A DNA stretch of 64,000 nt from Eledone cirrhosa (Eukaryota). Under the pieces are notes generated by a model, which had not been told where the DNA came from, did no database searches, and saw nothing but the letters and a program-made list of their open reading frames with translations. Where the stretch lies: positions 29,760,001 to 29,824,000 of the forward strand of contig OZ024762.1 in the NCBI GenBank assembly GCA_964016885.1, read 5' to 3'. A program made the position numbers and the translations under genes. Of the stretch, positions 1-9,700 are shown piece after piece (position 1 is the first letter of the stretch; every line of letters starts with the position of its first letter).

Positions 1-840
1 ACATTACAGCGTGGACTGTCTGGCGGGTTTTCTACAGCTGGATGCCCTTCCTAACACCAACTACGTTTACAGTGTGGAACTGGGAGGTTTTTCCCGTGTT
101 GCCTACACGGCCACATTACAGCGTGGACTGTCTGGCGGGTTTTCTACAGCTGGATGCCCTTCCTAACACCAACCACATTTACAGTGTGGACTGGGAGATC
201 TTTACCGCGTTGCCTACACGGCCACATTACAGCGTGGACTGTCTGGCGGGTTTTCTACGGCTGGATGCCCTTCGTAACACCAACCACATTTACAGTGTGG
301 ACTGGGAGGTTTTTACCGTGTTGTCTACACGGCCACATTACAGCGTGGACTGTCTGGCGGGTTATCTACGGCTGGATGCCCTTCCTAACACCAACCACAT
401 TTACAGTGTGGAACTGGGAGGTTTTTACCGTGTTGCCTACACGGCCACATTACAGCGTGGACTGTCTGGCGGGTTTTCTACGGCTGGATGCTATTCCTAA
501 CACCAACCACATTTACATTTTGGACTGGGAGATTTTTACCGTGTTGCCTACACGGCCACATTACAGCGTGGACTGTCTGGCGGGTTATCTACGGCTGGAT
601 GCCCTTCCTAACACCAACCACATTTACAGTGTGGAACTGGGAGGTTTTTACCGTGTTGCCTACACGGCCACATTACAGCGTGGACTGTCTGGCGGGTTTT
701 CTACGGCTGGATGCTATTCCTAACACCAACCACATTTACAGTGTGGACTGGGAGATTTTTACCGTGTTGCCTACACGGCCACGTTACAGCGTGGACTGTC
801 TGGCGGGTTATCTACGGCTGGATGCCCTTCCTAACACCAA

Positions 841-951
841 CCACATTTACAGTGTGGACTGGGAGGTTTTTACCGTGTTGCCTACACGGCCACATTACAG
901 CGTGGACTGTCTGGCGGGTTTTCTACGGCTGGATGCCCTTCCTAACACCAA
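841..951 (+). repeat. Representative consensus monomer (111 bp), made of subunit A (841-889, 49 bp) and subunit B (890-951, 62 bp)
   Basis: A begins CCACATTTACAGTGTGGACTG and B begins CCACATTACAGCGTGGACTG. The next A begins at 952. Confidence 0.97.
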
Positions 952-1039
952 CCACATTTACATTGTGGACTGGGAGATTTTTACCGTGTTGCCTACACGG
1001 CCACATTACAGCGTGGACTGACTGGCAAGTTTTCTACAG

Positions 1040-2990
1040 CTGGATCCCCTTCCTAACACCAACTACGCTTACAGTGTGGAACTGGGAGGTTTTTACCGTG
1101 TTGCCTACACGGCCACATTACAGCGTGGACTGTCTGGCGGGTTTTCTACAGCTGGATGCCCTTCCTAACACCAACCACATTTACAGTGTGGACTGGGAGA
1201 TTTTTACCGTGTTGCCTACACGGCCACATTACAGCGTGGACTGTCTGGCGGGTTTTCTACGGCTGGATGCCCTTCCTAACACCAACCACATTTACAGTGT
1301 GGACTGGGAGGTTTTTACCGTGTTGCGTACACGGCCACATTACAGCGTGGACTGTCTGGCGGGTTTTCTACGGCTGGATGCCCTTCCTAACACCAACCAC
1401 ATTTAGTGTGGGGTTGCGTGGTTTTTACTGTGTTGCTTACACGGCCACATTATAGCGTGGACTGTCTGGCGGGTTTTCTGCGGCTGGATGCCCTTCCTAA
1501 CACCAACCACATTTACAGTGTGGACTGGGAGGTTTTTACCGTGTTGCCTACACGGCCACATTACAGCGTGGACTGTCTGGCGGGTTATCTACGGCTGGAT
1601 GCCCTTCCTAACACCAACCACATTTACAGTGTGGACTGGGAGGTTTTTACCGTGTTGCCTACACGGCCACATTACAGCGTGGACTGTCTGGCGGGTTTTC
1701 TACGGCTGGATGCCCTTCCTAACACCAACCACATTTACATTGTGGACTGGGAGATTTTTACCGTGTTGCCTACACGGCCACATTACAGCGTGGACTGACT
1801 GGCGGGTTTTCTACAGCTGGATGCTCTTCCTAACACCAACCACATTTACAGTGTGGACTGGGAGATTTTTACCGTGTTGCCTACACGGCCACATTACAGC
1901 GTGGACTGTCTGGCGGGTTTTCTACGGCTGGATGTCCTTCCTAACACCAACCACATTTACAGTGTGGGGCTGGGAGGTTTTTACTGTGTTGCCTACACAG
2001 CCACATTACAGCGTGGACTGTCTGGCGGGTTTTCTACGGCTGGATGCCCTTCCTAACACCAACCACATTTACAGTGTGGGCTGGGAGGTTTTTACCGTGT
2101 TGCGTACACGGCCACATTACAGTGTGGACTGTCTGGCGGGTTTTCTACAGCTGGATGCCCTTCCTAACACCAACTACGCTTACAGTGTGGAACTGGGAGG
2201 TTTTTACCGTGTTGCCTACACGGCCACATTACAGCGTGGTCTGTCTGGCGGGTTTTCTACAGCTGGATGTCCTTCCTAACACCAACCACATTTACAGTGT
2301 GGACTGGGAGAATGTTACCGTGTTGCCTACACGGCCACATTACAGCGTGGACTGTCTGGCGGGTTTTCTACGGCTGGATGCCCTTCCTAACACCAACCAC
2401 ATTTACAGTGTGGACTGGGAGGTTTTTACCGTGTTGCCTACACGGCCACATTACAGCATGGACTGTCTGGCGGGTTTTCTACAGCTGGATGCCCTTCCTA
2501 ACACCAACCACATTTACAGTGTGGACTGGGAGATTTTTACCGTGTTGCCTACACGGCCACATTACAGCGTGGACTGTCTGGCGGGTTATCTACGGCTGGA
2601 TGCCCTTCCTAACACCAACCACATTTACAGTGTGGACTGGGAGGTTTTTACCGTGTTGCCTACACGGCCACATTACAGCGTGGACTGTCTGGCGGGTTTT
2701 CTACGGCTGGATGCCCTTCCTAACACCAACATCGGTTACAGTGTGGAACTGGGAGGTTTTTACCGTGTTGCCTACACGGCCACATTACAGCGTGGACTGT
2801 CTGGTGGGTTTTCTACAGCTGGATGCCCTTCCTAACACCAACCACATTTACAGTGTGGACTGGGAGATTTTTACCGTGTTGTCTACACGGCCACATTACA
2901 GCGTGGACTGTCTGGCGGGTTTTCTACGGCTGGATGCCCTTCCTAACACTAACCACATTTACAGTGTGGACTGGGAGGTTTTTACCGTGT
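1040..2990. repeat. Non-adjacent copy of ~51727-53680 (offset 50,687 bp)
   Basis: Shared rare markers at a constant offset: GGATCC 1042/51729 and ATCGGTTAC 2731/53418, plus TTTTCTGCGG, GAGAATGTTACC, CAGCATGGAC and TAACACTAAC. Confidence 0.93.
2357..2438 (-). mobile_element. Putative RTE-LINE 5'-UTR / RTE-related SINE-derived segment forming most of each monomer (one example copy)
   Basis: The minus strand reads GGCAACACGGTAAAAACCTCCCAGTCCACACTGTAAATGTGGTTGGTGTTAGGAAGGGCATCCAGCCGTAGAAAACCCGCCA. The GGTTGG-GTTAGGAAGGGCATCC-GCCGTA-AAA part matches my recollection of a motif in RTE 5' regions and cephalopod SINEs. This is recalled similarity, not a search result. Confidence 0.55.
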
Positions 2991-3749
2991 TGCCTACACG
3001 GCCACATTACACCGTGGACTGTCTGGCGGGTTTTCTACGGCTGCATGCCCTTCCTAACACCAACCACATTTACAGTGTGGGGCTGGGAGGTTTTTACTGT
3101 GTTGCCTACACAGCCACATTACAGTGTGGACTGTCTGGCGGGTTTTCTACAGCTGGATGCCCTTCCTAACACCAACTACGTTTACAGTGTGGAACTGGGA
3201 GGTTTTTACCGTGTTGCCTACACGGCCACATTACAGCGTGGACTGTCTGGCGGGTTTTCTACGGCTGGATGCCCTTCCTAACACCAACCACATTTACAGT
3301 GTGGGCTGGGAGGTTTTTACCGTGTTGCCTACACGGCCACATTACAGCGAGGACTGTCTGGCGGGTTTTCTACAGCTGGATGCCCTTCCTAACACCAACC
3401 ACATTTACAGTGTGGACTGGGAGATCTTTACCGTGTTGCCTACACGGCCACATTACAGCGTGGACTGTCTGGCGGGTTTTCTACGGCTGGATGCCCTTCC
3501 TAACACCAACCACATTTACAGTGTGGACTGGGAGGTTTTTACCGTGTTGTCTACACGGCCACATTACAGCGTGGACTGTCTGGCGGGTTATCTACTGCTG
3601 GATGCCCTTCCTAACACCAACCACATTTACAGTGTGGAACTGGGAGGTTTTTACCGTGTTGCCTACACGGCCACATTACAGCGTGGACTGTCTGGCGGGT
3701 TTTCTACGGTTGGATGCTATTCCTAACACCAACCACATTTACATTTTGG

Positions 3750-6700
3750 ACTGGGAGATTTTTACCGTGTTGCCTACACGGCCACATTACAGCGTGGACT
3801 GTCTGGCGGGTTATCTACGGCTGGATGCCCTTCCTAACACCAACCACATTTACAGTGTGGAACTGGGAGGTTTTTACCGTGTTGCCTACACGGCCACATT
3901 ACAGCGTGGACTGTCTGGCGGGTTTTCTACGGCTGGATGCTATTCCTAACACCAACCACATTTACAGTGTGGACTGGGAGATTTTTACCGTGTTGCCTAC
4001 ACGGCCACATTACAGCGTGGACTGACTGGCGGGTTTTCTACAGCTGGATGCTCTTCCTAACACCAACCACATTTACAGTGTGGACTGGGAGATTTTTACC
4101 GTGTTGCCTACACGGCCACATTACAGCGTGGACTGTCTGGCGGGTTTTCTACGGCTGGATGCCCTTCCTAACACCAACCACATTTACAGTGTGGGGCTGG
4201 GAGGTTTTTACTGTGTTGCCTACACAGCCACATTACAGCGTGGACTGTCTGGCGGGTTTTCTACAGCTGGATGCCCTTCCTAACACCAACTACGTTTACA
4301 GTGTGGAACTGGGAGGTTTTTACCGTGTTGCCTACACGGCCACATTACAGCGTGGACTGTCTGGCGGGTTTTCTACGGCTGGATGCCCTTCCTAACACCA
4401 ACCACATTTACAGTGTGGGCTGGGAGGTTTTAACCGTGTTGCCTACACGGCCACATTACAGTGTGGACTGTCTGGCGGGTTTTCTACAGCTGGATGCCCT
4501 TCCTAACACCAACTACGCTTACAGTGTGGAACTGGGAGGTTTTTACCGTGTTGCCTACACGGCCACATTACAGCGTGGACTGTCTGGCGGGTTTTCTACA
4601 GCTGGATGCCCTTCCTAACACCAACCACATTTACAGTGTGGACTGGGAGATTTTTACCGTGTTGCCTACACGGCCACATTACAGCGTGGACTGTCTGGCG
4701 GGTTTTCTACGGCTGGATGCCCTTCCTAACACCAACCACATTTACAGTGTGGACTGGGAGGTTTTTACCGTGTTGCCTACACGGCCACATTACAGCGTGG
4801 ACTGTCTGGCGGGTTTTCTACAGCTGGATGCCCTTCCTAACACCAACCACATTTACAGTGTGGACTGGGAGATTTTTACCGTGTTGCCTACACGGCCACA
4901 TTACAGCGTGGACTGTCTGGCGGGTTTTCTACGGCTGGATGCCCTTCCTAACACCAACCACATTTACAGTGTGGACTGGGAGGTTTTTACCGTGTTGCCT
5001 ACAAGGCCACATTACAGCGTGGACTGTCTGGCGGGTTATCTACGGCTGGATGCCCTTCCTAACACCAACCACATTTACATTGTGGACAGGGAGATTTTTA
5101 CCGTGTTGCCTACACGGCCACATTACAGCGTGGACTGTCTGGCGGGTTTTCTACAGCTGGATGCCCTTCCTAACACCAACCACATTTACAGTGTGGACTG
5201 GGAGATTTTTACCGTGTTGCCTACACGGCCACATTACAGCGTGGACTGTCTGGCGGGTTTTCTACGGCTGGATGCCCTTCCTAACACCAACCACATTTAC
5301 AGTGTGGACTGGGAGGTTTTTACCGTGTTGCCTACAAGGCCACATTACAGCGTGGACTGTCTAGCGGGTTATCTACGGCTGGATGCCCTTCCTAACACCA
5401 ACCACATTTACAGTGTGGACTGGGAGGTTTTTACCGTGTTGCCTACACGGCCACATTACAGCGTGGACTGTCTGGCGGGTTTTCTACAGCTGGATGCCCT
5501 TCCTAACACCAACTACGTTTACAGTGTGGAACTGGGAGGTTTTTCCCGTGTTGCCTACACGGCCACATTACAGCGTGGACTGTCTGGCGGGTTTTCTACA
5601 GCTGGATGCCCTTCCTAACACCAACCACATTTACAGTGTGGACTGGGAGATCTTTACCGCGTTGCCTACACGGCCACATTACAGCGTGGACTGTCTGGCG
5701 GGTTTTCTACGGCTGGATGCCCTTCGTAACACCAACCACATTTACAGTGTGGACTGGGAGGTTTTTACCGTGTTGTCTACACGGCCACATTACAGCGTGG
5801 ACTGTCTGGCGGGTTATCTACGGCTGGATGCCCTTCCTAACACCAACCACATTTACAGTGTGGAACTGGGAGGTTTTTACCGTGTTGCCTACACGGCCAC
5901 ATTACAGCGTGGACTGTCTGGCGGGTTTTCTACGGCTGGATGCTATTCCTAACACCAACCACATTTACATTTTGGACTGGGAGATTTTTACCGTGTTGCC
6001 TACACGGCCACATTACAGCGTGGACTGTCTGGCGGGTTATCTACGGCTGGATGCCCTTCCTAACACCAACCACATTTACAGTGTGGAACTGGGAGGTTTT
6101 TACCGTGTTGCCTACACGGCCACATTACAGCGTGGACTGTCTGGCGGGTTTTCTACGGCTGGATGCTATTCCTAACACCAACCACATTTACAGTGTGGAC
6201 TGGGAGATTTTTACCGTGTTGCCTACACGGCCACGTTACAGCGTGGACTGTCTGGCGGGTTATCTACGGCTGGATGCCCTTCCTAACACCAACCACATTT
6301 ACAGTGTGGACTGGGAGGTTTTTACCGTGTTGCCTACACGGCCACATTACAGCGTGGACTGTCTGGCGGGTTTTCTACGGCTGGATGCCCTTCCTAACAC
6401 CAACCACATTTACATTGTGGACTGGGAGATTTTTACCGTGTTGCCTACACGGCCACATTACAGCGTGGACTGACTGGCAAGTTTTCTACAGCTGGATGCT
6501 CTTCCTAACACCAACCACATTTACAGTGTGGACTGGGAGATTTTTACCGTGTTGCCTACACGGCCACATTACAGCGTGGACTGTCTGGCGGGTTTTCTAC
6601 GGCTGCATGCCCTTCCTAACACCAACCACATTTACAGTGTGGGGCTGGGAGGTTTTTACTGTGTTGCCTACACAGCCACATTACAGTGTGGACTGTCTGG

Positions 6701-9700
6701 CGGGTTTTCTACAGCTGGATGCCCTTCCTAACACCAACTACGTTTACAGTGTGGAACTGGGAGGTTTTTACCGTGTTGCCTACACGGCCACATTACAGCG
6801 TGGACTGTCTGGCGGGTTTTCTACGGCTGGATGCCCTTCCTAACACCAACCACATTTACAGTGTGGGCTGGGAGGTTTTTACCGTGTTGCCTACACGGCC
6901 ACATTACAGCGTGGACTGTCTGGCGGGTTTTCTACAGCTGGATGCCCTTCCTAACACCAACCACATTTACAGTGTGGACTGGGAGATCTTTACCGTGTTG
7001 CCTACACGGCCACATTACAGCGTGGACTGTCTGGCGGGTTTTCTACGGCTGGATGCCCTTCCTAACACCAACCACATTTACAGTGTGGACTGGGAGGTTT
7101 TTACCGTGTTGTCTACACGGCCACATTACAGCGTGGACTGTCTGGCGGGTTATCTACGGCTGGATGCCCTTCCTAACACCAACCACATTTACAGTGTGGA
7201 ACTGGGAGGTTTTTACCGTGTTGCCTACACGGCCACATTACAGCGTGGACTGTCTGGCGGGTTTTCTACGGCTGGATGCTATTCCTAACACCAACCACAT
7301 TTACATTTTGGACTGGGAGATTTTTACCGTGTTGCCTACACGGCCACATTACAGCGTGGACTGTCTGGCGGGTTATCTACGGCTGGATGCCCTTCCTAAC
7401 ACCAACCACATTTACAGTGTGGAACTGGGAGGTTTTTACCGTGTTGCCTACACGGCCACATTACAGCGTGGACTGTCTGGCGGGTTTTCTACGGCTGGAT
7501 GCTATTCCTAACACCAACCACATTTACAGTGTGGACTGGGAGATTTTTACCGTGTTGCCTACACGGCCACATTACAGCGTGGACTGTCTGGCGGGTTATC
7601 TACGGCTGGATGCCCTTCCTAACACCAACCACATTTACAGTGTGGACTGGGAGGTTTTTACCGTGTTGCCTACACGGCCACATTACAGCGTGGACTGTCT
7701 GGCGGGTTTTCTACGGCTGGATGCCCTTCCTAACACCAACCACATTTACATTGTGGACTGGGAGATTTTTACCGTGTTGCCTACACGGCCACATTACAGC
7801 GTGGACTGACTGGCAGGTTTTCTACAGCTGGATGCTCTTCCTAACACCAACCACATTTACAGTGTGGACTGGGAGATTTTTACCGTGTTGCCTACACGGC
7901 CACATTACAGCGTGGACTGTCTGGCGGGTTTTCTACGGCTGCATGCCCTTCCTAACACCAACCACATTTACAGTGTGGGGCTGGGAGGTTTTTACTGTGT
8001 TGCCTACACAGCCACATTACAGTGTGGACTGTCTGGCGGGTTTTCTACAGCTGGATGCCCTTCCTAACACCAACTACGTTTACAGTGTGGAACTGGGAGG
8101 TTTTTACCGTGTTGCCTACACGGCCACATTACAGCGTGGACTGTCTGGCGGGTTTTCTACGGCTGGATGCCCTTCCTAACACCAACCACATTTACAGTGT
8201 GGGCTGGGAGGTTTTTACCGTGTTGCCTACACGGCCACATTACAGTGTGGACTGTCTGGCGGGTTTTCTACAGCTGGATGCCCTTCCTAACACCAACTAC
8301 GCTTACAGTGTGGGACTGGGAGGTTTTTACCGTGTTGCCTACACGGCCACATTACAGCGTGGACTGTCTGGCGGGTTTTCTACAGCTGGATGCCCTTCCT
8401 AACACCAACCACATTTACAGTGTGGACTGGGAGATTTTTACCGTGTTGCCTACACGGCCACATTACAGCGTGGCCTGTCTGGCGGGTTTTCTACGGCTGG
8501 ATGCCCTTCCTAACACCAACCACATTTACAGTGTGGACTGGGAGGTTTTTACCGTGTTGCCTACAAGGCCACATTACAGCGTGGACTGTCTGGCGGGTTT
8601 TCTACGGCTGGATGCCCTTCCTAACACCAACCACATTTACATTGTGGACTGGGAGATTTTTACCGTGTTGCCTACACGGCCACATTACAGCGTGGACTGA
8701 CTGGCGGGTTTTCTACAGCTGGATGCTCTTCCTAACACCAACCACATTTACAGTGTGGACTGGGAGATTTTTACCGTGTTGCCTACACGGCCACATTACA
8801 GCGTGGACTGTCTGGCGGGTTTTCTACGGCTGGATGCCCTTCCTAACACCAACCACATTTAGTTTGGGGTTGCGTGGTTTTTACCGTGTTGCCTACACGG
8901 CCACATTACAGCGTGGACTGTCTGGCGGGTTTTCTACGGCTGGATGCCCTTCCTAACACCAACCACATTTACAGTGTGGACTGGGAGGTTTTTACCGTGT
9001 TGCCTACACGGCCACATTACAGCGTGGACTGTCTGGCGGGTTTTCTACGGCTGGATACCCTTCCTAACACCAACCACATTTACAGTGTGGACTGGGAGGT
9101 TTTTACCGTGTTGCCTACACGGCCACATTACAGCGTGGACTGTCTGGCGGGTTATCTACGGCTGGATGCCCTTCCTAACACCAACCACATTTACAGTGTG
9201 GACTGGGAGGGTTTTACCGTGTTGCCTACACGGCCACATTACAGCGTGGACTGTCTGGCGGGTTTTCTACGGCTGGATGCCCTTCCTAACACCAACCACA
9301 TTTACATTGTGGACTGGGAGATTTTTACCGTGTTGCCTACACGGCCACATTACAGCGTGGACTGTCTGGCGGGTTTTCTACGGCTGGATGCCCTTCCTAA
9401 CACCAACCACATTTACATTGTGGACTGGGAGATTTTTACCGTGTTGCCTACACGGCCACATTACAGCGTGGACTGTCTGGCGGGTTATCTACGGCTGGAT
9501 GCCCTTCCTAACACCAACCACATTTACAGTGTGGAACTGGGAGGTTTTTACCGTGTTGCCTACACGGCCACATTACAGCGTGGACTGTCTGGCGGGTTTT
9601 CTACGGCTGGATGCTATTCCTAACACCAACCACATTTACAGTGTGGACTGGGAGATTTTTACCGTGTTGCCTACACGGCCACATTACAGCGTGGACTTAC

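Noticed and set aside
162-167. Telomere-like CCTAAC (GTTAGG on the minus strand)
   Set aside because: It is a single 5-6 bp unit per monomer, never tandem, and expected by chance.
841-951. CENP-B box, tRNA/Pol III A and B boxes, or 5S rDNA unit
   Set aside because: I found no TTCG....A..CGGG match in the consensus, no GTTCRA B box, no cloverleaf and no recognisable similarity to 5S rRNA.
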